Shown here piece by piece: positions 37,451 through 49,585 of a DNA stretch of 64,000 nucleotides. Origin of the DNA: Lama glama (Eukaryota); the NCBI GenBank assembly GCA_028534125.1, contig CM052832.1, forward strand, positions 10,542,001 through 10,606,000, written 5' to 3'. The notes beneath the pieces were generated by a model. That model searched no databases. It saw nothing but the letters and a program-made list of their open reading frames with translations, and had not been told where the DNA came from. The first letter of the stretch is position 1, and each line of letters starts with the position of its first letter. Made by a program: the position numbers and the translations under genes.

Positions 37451-38574
37451 TGTGCCCATGGTAAGGCTCTTCACCTGAGTGAAGCCTCAGTGTTCTTATC
37501 TGTGAAATGGGGACATTGCTGTTCCTTGCGGCCCATCCTGACTAGCACATAGGACTGAAGTGTGTTGCTGAATGGACGTGGAAGACATTAGGTGCTGCAC
37601 CAAACAATACTTGCCTGGAGGTGTCCTCTCACTTCATGGGAGGCCCCGCCCTGCACAGTAGGTAGAGACAAGGTGCCCTCTGGCTCCTCCTGGTGGACCT
37701 TTCTGAGCATTACATCACCCCAGCTGTGCCCACATTTTCTTGGTGGAAGGATCTGGGGGTAGGGGGATGATCCGTCTGTGGAGATGGGGCCGGTGCGTGG
37801 AGGGAGGGCAGGGTTGCCTGGTTCTGCCATGAGAACCCAATCTGCACAAGGAGCATGTCAGGAAGGACAGGACACTCCCAGACTCAGAGCAGTTTTCCAT
37901 GACTCACAGCATCTGACCCCGACCCCCACTCCCACCCAAGCTGACCTGAGCCCTACGAGTGGGGCCCATTTTGAGGACCAAGAGGAGACTACACGCACTT
38001 GGAGATCCTGCTCTGGCTTTGGTCCCTTCTAGTTTGGTTGGGGGGACATGGTCCACCCTTTGAACCTCCCAGCCTGGATGGAGAGGTTCATGGAAGAGGA
38101 GGACCTGACATCAGTCCAGTGAAAAAGTACTTAGAGACACCAACCACCAGGTGTGTGAGGGTAAATGGCCCTTTAGGGGAAGGGAAACTGGGGAGACCTG
38201 TGATCTCACCCCACGAGCCCCTTTGGAGGGAACCTGCTCCCGCACCCACACCCATGAGCTGTGGGCGTAAGCAGGGCACGCTCTCTGGATTTGAGTAGAT
38301 TCGGATCAAGGGACACCCACCCGCCTTGTGCACTCCCTACCTCTCTAACTCAGTGTATCTCTTGGGACAACCCTTTCCTCCCACACCCCCACCCCCACCC
38401 CAAGTGGTCTTTACAGCCTCTCCAGTTCTCAGCTCTTCTTACTGAGAAAGTGGAGGGGAGTTTTTGGTCTCCCTTTGTCCTGAGAACAGAAAGCTCGAAG
38501 GTACAGTGATGATCAATATAATAAGACCTCTTTCTGCAGAGGCACCAGGAAACAGAATCAGTCCCTCCTTTTAA

Positions 38575-38810
38575 CAGGCATAGCTACCATTCATACAGCA
38601 TTTACACCTGCCAGGCTCTGTTCTTGCAGCTTTTCATATCTTAACTCATATCAATCCTATGAGTTAAGTACTGTTAACACCCCCACTTTATAGATGGGGA
38701 AACTGAGGCCCAGAAAGTTTAGACACTTACCCAAAGCCCCTGTATGAACAAGGAAAGCTGGTGTTCAAACCCACACAGCCTGACTCCAGGACTTGGGCTC
38801 TGAGCCCCCA
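38575..38810 (-). mobile_element. MIR
   Basis: tgccaggctctgttct...ccccactttatagatggggaaactgaggcccaga...ttcaaacccacacagcctgactccag. Confidence 0.9.
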
Positions 38811-38849
38811 GCCACAGCATCTCTTACAGTCCTGTCTATGATCTAGCAC

Positions 38850-39008
38850 AGCTACTTCTGTGTCCCTCTCCCACGCTGGGTGGGGAGCTCCTGAGGCAGG
38901 AATTCAGCTTATTCCTCTTTGTCCCCCAGCACCAGGCATGCTCCCTGGCACATACCAGGTGCCCAGGAACCATCTGTTACATCAGCGAATAAATAAATGA
39001 ATGAATGG
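38850..39008 (+). mobile_element. L2 3' end
   Basis: gagctcctgaggcagg...tcccccagcaccaggca...cctggcacataccaggtgc...aaatgaatgaatg. Confidence 0.8.
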
Positions 39009-40194
39009 GAGGCATGGTGACAGATGCCCCTGCAAACGTATTTGGAGTCCAGATCCACAGGGATCCTGGATGCCTAGCAGTGAGAAGATAACAGGAAGGT
39101 CCCATAGAGACTGCCCTTGCTCTCTTAACACCATGTTTGGACACAGGCTCATTGAAGTTGCGAGATGTTGGCAGTGTGAACGCGGGATCCAACTACGTTT
39201 TTGTGCCTTTAGAACTGTCATCACCCCCTCCCCCACCACCACTGTGGAAGGTACATCACAGCACTGTCTTTAGGGCGAAGGGGGGCTCAGCATGTCACCT
39301 AGCCCCCACCGCATCCTCTGCCATCCACAGCCAGCATTCTGAGAACCATTCTAATTTGTATTGTTATTATGATCACTAGCATCATCCCCAAGCTGTATTT
39401 TCCCCCTGGAGGAAAAGTCACTTCACACGCTGAGGCTGGAACGCTAAGTGTTCTGGAAGGAATTGGAAATAATCATGAGAACAAGCAGCGGGTGGCGGAT
39501 GAGGCTCATGGCAGACGGAGGAGAAGGAGACCCCTCTCCCCAAGAAATCCTTTTGACAAAGTCTGGGCTGGCTGTGAGGTGTGGAGAAGGGGTTTTCCAC
39601 CTGGGGAAGGAGTGGAGACGGATGGGGAGGGCGGAGGTGGGAGGAGGTGGGCCCTCCGTCCAGCCTGCCTGGGTTGCTTCTCTGCAGGGTGTGGGAGAAA
39701 GGGGAGAAATACCCAGTGAGGGTGGGGAGATGGGCAGGCCTGCAGCGCAAGAAATAATGAGTTAAAAGAATCATTCAGTGAGTAAAGAGAAATATCAGGA
39801 ATCAAATTGCAGGGAAGATTTCAAGTAATCATAAAGGGTTTTTCAAATATATTCACTGCTAAGAGCTACAGATGTCAGGAGAGAAAATTGGTTCACTTAC
39901 CAATAATAGTCATGGGGGCTGAGGGAGCAGGATGCAGACAGGAAAGTACTTAACCAGGCATCCCCACCTGCTTCTCTCCTGGGACCCGTGGGGCGGAGGA
40001 GGGGCGGCGTGTGCCCCTGGGAAGTGGGCGGATGGCCAGAGCAGGCTGAGCGGGAGGGGCAGGTTGGAGGGGAGAGAGAAGGACCATGTGGCAGCCCCAC
40101 CCCAGTGTGACTTCGTCTTCCCTCCGGACCTGTGCACAGATTACACGAGGGGAGGACAGGGGCCGCGCTTGGCAGTGAGTAGGAGGCTTTTTGT

Positions 40195-40440
40195 TATTGT
40201 CACCCAGAATTTATTGATGGTTTATAATGAGCAGAGCACTCTGCCAGGTGTGTGACAGATTGGAGACACTCAGGCATGTGGTACCTGCCCTGGGCTTACA
40301 ACCTAGTTAGGGAGACCAGAGCAACATCCGTGGGGAAAGAAGGGAGATCTTCAGCACCACACCGGGAGGCAGGGACTAACCATGATAGGGATGAGAGCGT
40401 GCAGCGGTCCTCAGGGCAGAGCAGTCCGGGAAAGCTTCAG
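40195..40440 (-). mobile_element. L2 3' end fragment
   Basis: atttattga...cctgccctgggcttacaacctagttagggagac. Confidence 0.55.
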
Positions 40441-40539
40441 GGCGCTCAGACCCCTGTACACATTTCACTGCAATGCTGCCTCCTCCTTTCAGGAGCCCTC
40501 CTGAAACAGCAGGATGTATTAACTGTCACCAAGACTCCA

Positions 40540-41060
40540 CCTGTACCTGCCAGGAGAAAGTCCAGGGCAATTCTATCACCAAGAGTGACTCTGGCCAGTG
40601 AGTTGAAGCTGACTTATGTGTCTCTGAGTGTGAAGATGGTCTTATCGATCACTTTCACTAACATCAAGGACAAATCTCGTCCCACCTTATCTAATGTAAC
40701 TTGCACACCAGTTTCCTGAGCCCCGGTTCCCACAAGGTGAAAAAAAGGGGACATCATCCCACAGTGGGTGATGTTATAGGAGAGGAACTTGTACTCAGGG
40801 AACCCGAATCTTTTTAACAGACAGCAAGCCTGCCTGTCCTTTGCTCCAAAAGAGACAGTAATTTTATCAAACTGAATAGTAAGTATGTCTCCCTCTGCTG
40901 CAGCAGGGATACTATCTCTAGCTCCTAAGGCTGTTTGCTACACAAACATCCTTGAAAGAATAATCCAGATGAAAAAGCAAGTAGTTTCTCACTTGCAAGA
41001 TGTGTAGAAATGCCTGTGTATAAGTAGTGGGTGTAAGATGAGTAGAATTATCTCCCAACA
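40540..41060. mobile_element. Old ERV LTR (MER68/MER77-like)
   Basis: ctgtttgctacacaaacatccttgaaagaataatccaga...caagatgtgtagaaatg...aattatctcccaaca; left boundary uncertain. Confidence 0.55.
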
Positions 41061-41079
41061 GAAACAATGTACTGCACTT

Positions 41080-41245
41080 CTCTATTGTGTTTACTGTTAT
41101 GTATGTCTTTTCCTGCTGGAGTGGATGCTCCCTGAGGCGCAGAACTGGTGTCTCTTTTGTTCACTGATATATCATCAATAACTACGATAGTGCCTGGCGC
41201 ACAACAGGTGCTCAAAAAATGTTGGTTGAATGAATAAATGATTGC
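41080..41245 (+). mobile_element. L2a 3' end
   Basis: gctccctgaggcgcag...ttgttcactgatatatc...agtgcctggcgcacaacaggtgctcaaaaaatgttggttgaatgaataaatga. Confidence 0.85.
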
Positions 41246-43092
41246 ATGAGAAAGATGAAAGTCCCTGCTGGGCATCTCCCGTCCAGGAAGTTTCCTTGCT
41301 GAATTGCCAGCCTTCTGTCGGGAGAAGGAAGCTCAGGTTTGAAAAAGGCAACTCTTTCTGTGTACCTTGAATCTGCACAGGTCACATGTCTACCCTACAT
41401 GTTCCCTGTGTCTCTGTTGCTGGGAACCACCAGCACCGTGAGACAGGGAAGGTGCTCAGAGGAGAGCCAGCTGGTTTTGACTTTATTCCTGCAACAGGCA
41501 ACGTGCGTGCATCACTAGGCCCCAGGCATCTCTCCTGGGCCTCCTTGCCTCTTCCCTGTCTTTCTCAGGCTGGTAATTAAAAGTATCAAAGCAAAGTAGG
41601 GCTGTCTCATTACATGTCCTGTTTATGTGACTCTAATGTGCTTTGAGATGATTTGAAGGGCTGGGAAATCAGCAGCGAGCTTCCTTCACGTCCAGCCTGG
41701 AGCTGGCAACCCTGAGATAAGGGTATCAAGACTGGGCTGTGAATTAGTTCTAAAGCAAACCAGTAATGCATTAATGTGGGTGAGGAATTAAAAATAACAG
41801 AGATGTTGCACATTTCTCTGATTAATTAGCCATTCTAGTTAATTTTGCTGCTTGTAGAGACAAAGCATGGGTCCTAATAGTGGAGCAATTTCCTATCAGT
41901 TACTGTGGTGCTGGAATGGGTGTCGTGCCTTAGTTACTTCTGGGCTCCCTCCTCCACCCAGGAGGGGCCCACAGAGTGGAGGGAAGGACGAGGATTGGGA
42001 CAAGCAGGTCCAGGGGTCTCCATTCAGGAGTGTCTGGTGGTTCTTAAGAAGAAGAGGCTGGGAGGGGAAGGGGGCTTTTGTGACTGTGGGGCTTATGGCT
42101 CAGGACCTGAACTCTTGCTGTTTCATTCATTCATTCATTCCTTCGTCCACTCAACATTTATTTAGCCTCTTCTTCATACTAGGCTCTTCACTGGCTGGGG
42201 AAGCCAAAGTGAAAGACCTCTGCAAGGAGGACTTCCTATCCTGGGACTGAAATAGAGTTACTCTCACTGCAGGGGGACCTCTGTCCCTGTCACAGACACT
42301 TTACAGGTTAAGGTCCAGAGAGGGAGGCAGGTGGACAGTCTTCCCCAGGACACCACACAGGCGGTCTCCCACCACTGCCTGAATTCAGACACAGTGGGTG
42401 CAGCTGGTTTTGTTTCTGTTTTGATTTGTTTCAGGAGAACAGAGAAACCCTGTCTCTTCCCAGGGAAGTATTTCTATGAAAAAAAACTTCTCTTCCAGAG
42501 ACTCAAGAGCTTGGTGCACTGGGCTGGGACTCAGGACACCAGACTTCTGGTCTGCTCTGCCACAGACTTGCTGGTGGCCCAGGACTGGCCCATGCTGCAG
42601 TCCCAGACAGCTGTTTCCCATTTTGCTTTTGATTCCAGATAGAATTCCTTCCCTGAGAAAGCTCCCACCCCGTGGCTGGGCCAGAATGTAAGACTCAGAC
42701 TGGTCTCAGACGGCACGTAAGTAGCCCGGGCTCCCCCTGGCTCATACAGAGAAGGCAGGTTGAGGAGAGTTCCCAGGGACCTGAGTGTGGACAGTGGGTC
42801 TCAGGGGGTTCAGTCGGGAGTGTGGAGTGAAAAGGGCCCAGTGGAGTGTGTGATAAACAGAAAGACCCAGGCCATTCAGCTTCTTCAGTATTGCCAAATT
42901 GAATTGCAGGCCTGAAGTGTCAGATCATCCATTTTTTCAGAAGTCATAATTCAGTGCTTTCCTGACTAGCTGCCCTGGACTTCTTGTTTGGTGCTCTGCA
43001 ATAACCACTGCACTTTCCTTCACCAAAACCCAGTGTCAGTAGATTGGCGTTTCTGTGGGAGGCGCAGGAAATCCAAGTTGGTTTAGTAATGA

Positions 43093-43815
43093 CCTCAGAC
43101 TGTCTCCCTGAGGGCAGGGCTGTGTCTCCCCTAAGACTCGGGCTCCCCGAGAGCAGAGCTGTGTCTCCCCCTCAGACTGGGACTCCCAGAGGTTGGGGCT
43201 GTGTCTCTACTCAGAATGGGGCTCCTTGAGGACGGGGCAGTGTCTCCCCCAGACTGAGGCTCCCTGACCACAGAGCTGTGTCACCTCATATTGTGGTTCC
43301 CTGAGGGCATAGCTGTGTCTCCCCTCAGACTGGGCCTCCCTGAGGACAGGACTGTGTCGCCTTTCAGACTGGGGTCCCTGAAAATGGGCTGTGTCACCCT
43401 ACAGACCGGGGCTCCCTGAGGACGGGGCTGTGTCTCCTTAGACCGGGGATCCCTGAGGATGGGGCTGTCTCCCCTCAGACTGGGACTCCCAGAGATGGGG
43501 ATATGTCTCCTTCTCAGACCAGGGCTCCCTGAGGACCGGGCTGTGTCACCTCAAATTAGGGCTCCCTGAGGGCAGGGCTCTGTCTCCCCCTCAGACTGGG
43601 GATCCCTGAAGACAGGGCTATCTCCCCTCAGACTGGGGCTCCATAAGGATGGAGCAGTGTCTCCCCTAGACTGAGGCTCCCTGACCACAGAGCTGTGTCA
43701 CCTCATATTGTGGATGAGGACAGTGGTGTCCCCTCCTCAGACTGGGGCTCCCTGAGGACAGGGCGGTGTCTCCCCTCAGACTGGGGCTCCCTGAGGATGG
43801 GGCTGTGTCTTCTCA
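43093..43815 (+). repeat. Minisatellite of ~19 units, ~38-39 bp (consensus CCTCAGACTGGGGCTCCCTGAGGGCAGGGCTGTGTCTCC)
   Basis: Units counted by eye from the sequence; each has a CCTCAG/CTGAGG inverted repeat. Confidence 0.95.
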
Positions 43816-44261
43816 GGTAACTGAGCATGACCCTATTGGGGCCTTCCTAGGACAGACTTCCCCCCTACATCCTCTGCTTTAGCTCTCTCTGAGGTACCTA
43901 GATAATAGTATCTGATGCATATTTCCTAAGTTTTTCAGATACCAAAAACCACCACCAAGTGAAAGGAATTTACCACTTGATGATCATGAGCAAGTAGCCC
44001 ATAGATCTTTGGCGCCTAAGGGTTGATCACCATCAACCAATCAGAAGTGTGCACAGCTGATCACACACCCTGCCTCGCCCCTCCCCCACCTCGCCTTTAC
44101 AAATGCATGTCTGCAAGCCTTGGAGGACTTCTGGGGTTTTTTGAGCACAAGCCATTCGTTCCCTTTTCTTGATCCTGTGAAAAGCCTTTCTCTGCTCCAA
44201 ACTCCTATATTTCAGTTTGTCCTCACTGTGCGTCCAGCAGACGAATTTGCCTTCGATAACA
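43816..44261 (+). mobile_element. ERV1-type solo LTR inserted in the minisatellite
   Basis: Begins (g)gtaactgagcatgaccctattggggcc, has an internal aaccaatcag CCAAT box, ends ttcgataaca. The array resumes immediately after. Confidence 0.8.
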
Positions 44262-44445
44262 CTTTCAGACCGCGTCTCCCTTCGTGACAGGGCTCCCTGA
44301 GGCAGGACTGTGTCTCCCCTCTGACTGGGGATTTGTGAAGGCAGGGCCGTCTCCCCACAAACAGGCTTCTTGAGGGCAGGGATGCGTCTCTCTTTAGCTA
44401 GAGATACCCCCCTGGGTAGGTCGTCTTTTTTGAGATTCCTGAGGG
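44262..44445 (+). repeat. Degenerate continuation of the minisatellite (~4-5 units)
   Basis: agggctccctgaggcaggactgtgtctcccctctgactgggg...ttgagggcagggatgcgtctc. Confidence 0.8.
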
Positions 44446-44579
44446 CAAGTTTCTTTTCCCACTTTATTGGGAAGTTGAGTATTTCTTGGGCAAATTATGT
44501 ATTTTTCCTCTTCAGTATACTGAGACAATAATGCGTACCTTGCAGGATTATTATGAGTAGATTGTGATTTTAAAGCAGA

Positions 44580-45030
44580 TCTGAAAACTGTGGCACTCCT
44601 CCCGTCAGGACTTTTACTCCCTCCTGTTGACTGTGGACTGGATTCAGTGACTTGCTGCTAGTGCAAAGAATGTTGTGGAAGCAATGCTGCTTGATTTCCA
44701 CAGCTGGGTCGTAAAAAGCAGTATGACGTCCACCTGACTCTCTGTCTCTCTTCTGTGAGGAAGCAAAGCACATGAAGAGACCACACGTGGTGTTCCCACT
44801 TGTCCCAGCTCAGGTCAGTTGACAGCCAGCATCAGCATCCACCGCCAGACTAGTGAGATACCTTTGACTCCATCTGACTCTCAGTCACTCACTGTGCGAG
44901 GACCCTGAGTGAGAACCACCAAGCTGAGCGTGGCCAACCTTCAGATCCATGAGAAGAGTAAATCACTGTTAGTGTTTTAAATCACAATTTCAGGCTGTTT
45001 GTAGGCAGCAACAGAAAACTGGAACAGTGT
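44580..45030 (+). mobile_element. MLT1 (H/G-like) solo LTR, nested in a MIR (~44490-45090)
   Basis: agtgacttgct...gaagagaccacacgtgg...gacagccagcatca...ccctgagtgagaaccaccaagctgagc...tgtttgtaggcagcaacagaaaactggaaca. Confidence 0.75.
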
Positions 45031-45836
45031 TACCTGAAACAACTCTATACCCAATGCCTGGCACTATGTCTGACGCAAGGTCAGTTTACCATTGAGCATA
45101 ACTGTTCTGGTGCTGTATCCCATGACCCGAGTTCAGGGCTGTGCACGGCAGGCTGGGGGTGCACACACTCCTGGGGATCCCTGATTGACAGCTGGTTTCT
45201 TGAAGACACTATGATAAAGACAGAGATGTCGGGGGAGAAGGCTGGAGAGGAAGGGGAGGAAATCAAAGAAAAGCCCCACAGGGGCTCACTTTGGCTGAGA
45301 ATCTGCAGGGGTGGCACTAGATGTCCGACCATGTCATTCTCACAACCACGCTCTCAGGTTTCACCCCATTTTGCAGGCAAGAAAACAGGCTCAGAGAGGT
45401 GGTTTGGTGTCTCACCTGCAGTCTCAGAGCCAATCAGGATGGGCACGGAATGGTACGCCTTCTGCCCGTGCCCTCCCCACACCCGACACCTCACTTTTCA
45501 CCCACCTTATGATGCTTCCCACTTGCTCTCAACCAATCAATAAATGAGTAATTATCTCAAGCCCCTATGGTGCCTATCAGCACTTGGGTGCCAGAAAGTG
45601 CTTCCTGATGTCTCGCATCTGTCTCCACTGCTGAAATTTTCTTTGTTATTTGGAGACTAGGAACGTCAGCTCATTTTCCTTCCTTTAAGAAACCTCCAGA
45701 GACCTAATCATTCTGGCTGGGCTTGGTGCTGCTCCCTTTGCCTTTGGCTTTCTGTGTCCCAACTCTCCTGATGGGAGAACGGGCCTCCCCTTGGCTGGGC
45801 TGGGGGCTTTCTCTCCTGGGACCCACTGATCTAGAG

Positions 45837-46026
45837 CAGGAACACCTCAGTCAGGGAAATATTGCCCCCAGAGGGACAGAGACTGGTTCTTGGGGTTGGG
45901 GGAGGAATCAACTCAGTTATTACAATGGTTCGTGGTACCAGGAGTAGAGTAAATCTGCAGTCTTAATTACTGGGTATCTACAGTCGGTCCTCAGGGTGAT
46001 AATGAAGAAAAGTTTGCAAAGCACTG
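45837..46026. mobile_element. hAT-Charlie MITE with 8-bp TSD
   Basis: CAG...CTG termini. Flanks are ATCTAGAG (45829-45836) and ATCTAGAC (46027-46034), matching the TCTAGA hAT-Charlie target preference. Confidence 0.7.
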
Positions 46027-47524
46027 ATCTAGACTCCTTACCCCATAAGGTTTTTGGAGGCCATTGATTCTTTCTTGGGTAAGGGAGGAGGGTGGCAGGG
46101 GCTTAGAGCCTTCTGGAGTGGGTGAGGGTCCTATGCCTCTGATTCTCTGGTCCTCCCGTGGCCCCTGGGGAGGGATAATGTGACCGCACAGATGCCAGCT
46201 TAGAGACAGGAATTCAAACGGTTTCCTTTTCCAGAACTCCAGCCCTTGGCACTTGCTTTTTGTGCTAGAGCATACAAAGCAGTGTTTTCTTTAGAAAATC
46301 GATAATGATCGATTATTTATTCTGCTGGAAATAAATAGATCTAGTCACCAGGGTCAGAGATTAACCAAAGCTCTGGGTAGCATCTGGGAGTTCAGGCATC
46401 TGTGTTTTAGACTCTCCCCCTCTCTCACTGTTCTACCTATCTCTAGCGCCATGGCCAGAGCTGATCAGGGGATGACAGATTCTCCTAGACCAGAGAGACG
46501 GCCACTGCCCCAACTCCTGTCTACGTCTTTCATCCCAATAAGCAGAGGTGACAGCAGGGAGCCTCTCCCAGCCTCTGCATGTGGAGTTAGTGTTGGTGTG
46601 TAAGGGCCAAATTTGTGCCATGAGCCAGCCTTCTGTATGTTTGTGAATCAGTGCCTGTGGTGTGTGCTGTCTGACGGTACACACTCATCTCTGTGCGCAT
46701 TTTCTCATGTGCATCACATGGCTGTGTGTGTCTGTCTGTGTGAGCTCCATCTTGGGTCATTACACTGGTCTGACTGTGGTGAAGTATCAAGCAAGGCAAT
46801 TTGCATGCCGGGCACAAGCTATCCTATTACCTGACGAGAGAGGGTTAGTTTTTATGGGAGCAAATTAACTCATTTTTAAAGGCGTTTAAAATGCCTAAAC
46901 TCTCAGCTTTTCCAAACTAAAATTTAGGGAAGTGAGAAGCCCTGGGTTGGGGATCTATGAGATGGCTGCCGATTCCAGGCTTGTCTGTAGCATGAGGAGG
47001 ACAAGGGCTGGGATGGTGGTGGAGTTGGAGTTACAAACCTGGCAGAGAAGATGGAAGGGGGTACGTGGGACCAGGGAGAGAGCTGAAGGGTGAGAGGAGG
47101 GCATGGTTGAGGTTGTGATCCCAGCTCTTCACTGGGCCATCTGGACAGTGGCTTCATTCCTAGTATGGGTGAATCCTATCTCTGTGGTAGACTGCCTGGG
47201 ACGGCACAGGAGAAGACACACATCAAGAGCTCGGGACAGTGGCTGGTCCACAGGAGGCCCCAGTGAGAGGGTGCCAGAGAGGTAAATGGACAAGCTCAGG
47301 TCCCAAAAGCAGGCTCTGGTTTGGTTCTGAGACCTGGCCCCTGCCCTTCTTCATCCCCAGGTATGAGAGACACCCTGACCTGTTCCTCTGCTAAGACCCC
47401 ACCTGGGCAACTCGCCTGGTGCCCAGCCCCACTGTGGTAGCCACAGTCCAAGAACAGACAGCTATGTGAGGCATTTTGCAAATGCTGCACACTTGAGGTC
47501 CTCATGACAGTTCCAGGAGGCATG

Positions 47525-47790
47525 TCTCAGCCCTGCTTTCCTCGTCTGTGAAGTAGGTCGAGCTAGGGAAGCTGCCTGTGTGATGTGAAAACAGCTCTTA
47601 GGGCAATGCCTGGCCTGTGGTAGGCACTAAATCAGTGATACCTATTATTATCATTCCCTTTTCATAGATAACAAAATCCAGGTGTAGAGAGAGCCAGCAA
47701 CTTGCCAAGGGCACACAATAGTTGGTGGCAGCCCCAGGATTTGACCCAGGACCTCCGGCTCCAGAGACTGCATCCTCCCACCAACTAGTG
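47525..47790. mobile_element. Tail-to-tail MIR fragments
   Basis: tttcctcgtctgtgaag...tgcctggcctgtggtaggcactaaatca (+); aacttgccaagggcacaca...ccaggatttgacccagg (-). Confidence 0.7.
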
Positions 47791-48649
47791 CTTGCCTTGC
47801 TCTCACCAGGGACTGGCCCAGAGACCAGAATCCTACCTTTTTTTACTCCAACCAATAGGCTGAGGCTTCTCCCTGTGGTGCTGGCAGTCAGTCCCCTGAT
47901 ACAAATGAGCAGTCTGCCTGCTCACCTAGATTCCCAAGTTGCCCAGGTATCTTGGTCCCCTATATGGTTCTCTTCCTGCCTATCTACCTCGTCATCCATC
48001 CTGGACGAATCTCTGCCTGGCATATTCCTATTTTGGGGACAAAAAGTCAGAAACAGCGAGATAATTATTTCTTCTTAGTTGTCCCCCAAACCGCTGTGGC
48101 CTGGGAAGGCAAGGGTAACAACCTAAGATCAAGGGCAACAAAATTCCAAGCATCTGAGGCTCCCTCCAGTCCAGTGGTTACTCAGGACTTGACTGCTATA
48201 TATCATTTGTCAGTGATGGTTTTTCTGTCTTGTCTGTTTAATTGTTTAATTCCCTTTTGCTTCCATTTGTTAATTCTTTGGCTTCAATCGTGCTGGTTCT
48301 TCAAACTTGCTGAGGAGGAGTTTTGCTATTGTGGGGAAGATGACCAAACGCTGTCCTCTGAGTTTGCTCTTGGCTTTGTCCTATTGTCTAATTACCAAGA
48401 ACCATCCTCTCAGATTCTTTCCCAGAAATGCAGATGGTGTGCACCCTTGATTTCAAGTTTCAGAACTTTTGGCTTTTTTTCATGACTCGATGGTCTGCTC
48501 TTCCGTTTGCACTGAGGGCCTGGGAGTGCAGGCCATGTCCAGGTTCCCAGCCACAGCTTCTCAGCTCTCATACCTTCCCTGACTGGGGCACACCTGTGCA
48601 CAGCACACGTACAGTGTGCATATACACATGCCCATGCACAATGTAGCTT

Positions 48650-48980
48650 CAGCTGATAAATGTTTATTGAATGATCATTCAGACCAGACACTGTTCTAGG
48701 TGCCGGGATGCATTGGTCAAAAAGACAGACAAGTACACTGTTCCCATGGATATTATACACACACACACACACACACACATACATGTGCACATGCATATAC
48801 ACACCACACAGACACAGATGTGCACATACAACCGTGTACAGATGTGCCCCACCCCGACCTGACACAGACACTGCCCTTCTCTGTGTACCCTTTCCTTGGG
48901 ATAAAGCTTCTGGATACATTGATCATGGATACATGATCATTGCCCCTGGGCAAAGTGTCCCCTGCCATGTAGACCTTGGA
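48650..48980 (-). mobile_element. L2 3' end interrupted by a (CA)n-rich tract
   Basis: aaatgtttattgaatg...ccagacactgttctaggtgccgggatgca...; (CA)n at ~48756-48780. Confidence 0.7.
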
Positions 48981-49129
48981 GGTTCTCAACTAGTGGGTCT
49001 CTGTGTCACCCACTCACTTGCTCCACTTACCCCCTTGCAGAAGTGACTGAGTGCGTAGCTCCACCCAGCCACTCCCCTTCTAGTTTTACGCCTGGGACCC
49101 CTTTCATGGTGCACAGGAGATGTGAGCTC

Positions 49130-49585
49130 AGATGCTTATTTAGCTTTGTTTGCAATACCAACGCCTGGAGAAAAACAAAATGTCCATCTCTATGTCAGAG
49201 AAAGTGACTGAATCAGAGTTGCATGGATCAGCATGGATAAACCTCAAACATGTAACATTTTATAAAGAAAAGCAAGTTGTACAAAGATGCAATTGATCAG
49301 ACCATTTGTATAAAGCTGAAAAACATATAAGCCGGTGCTGTGTACTGTTTCTGGGTACATGTATGGTGGTAACAGCACACAAACCCGTGCAGGAATGGGC
49401 ATGACAAACACCAGCTCGGGGGTGTGGTGGCCCTGGGCACACAGACAGGGATCAGGGCTGGGCAGAGTTTAATAAGGGATTCCGTTGAAACTATAATGTT
49501 TAATTTCATAGAGCTATTGCTGGATACATGATATTCATTGTGTTATTAGTTATATATTTTATGTCTAAAATATTCTATTTTAAAA
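49130..49585 (+). mobile_element. L1ME-type 3' end
   Basis: gctttgtttgcaatacc...aaatgtccatc...catggataaacctcaaaca...gaaaagcaagttgtacaaaga...catgatattcattgtgttatt. Confidence 0.7.

Noticed and set aside
37446..37512. ATG|GTAAG as a plus-strand first coding exon
   Set aside because: It falls in a MIR core fragment (gctgtgtg...gcctcagtgttcttatctgtgaaatgggg).
43093..43815. CRISPR-like array (periodic palindromic repeats)
   Set aside because: The whole unit repeats with no unique spacers, there are no cas genes, and the DNA is mammalian. It is a minisatellite.
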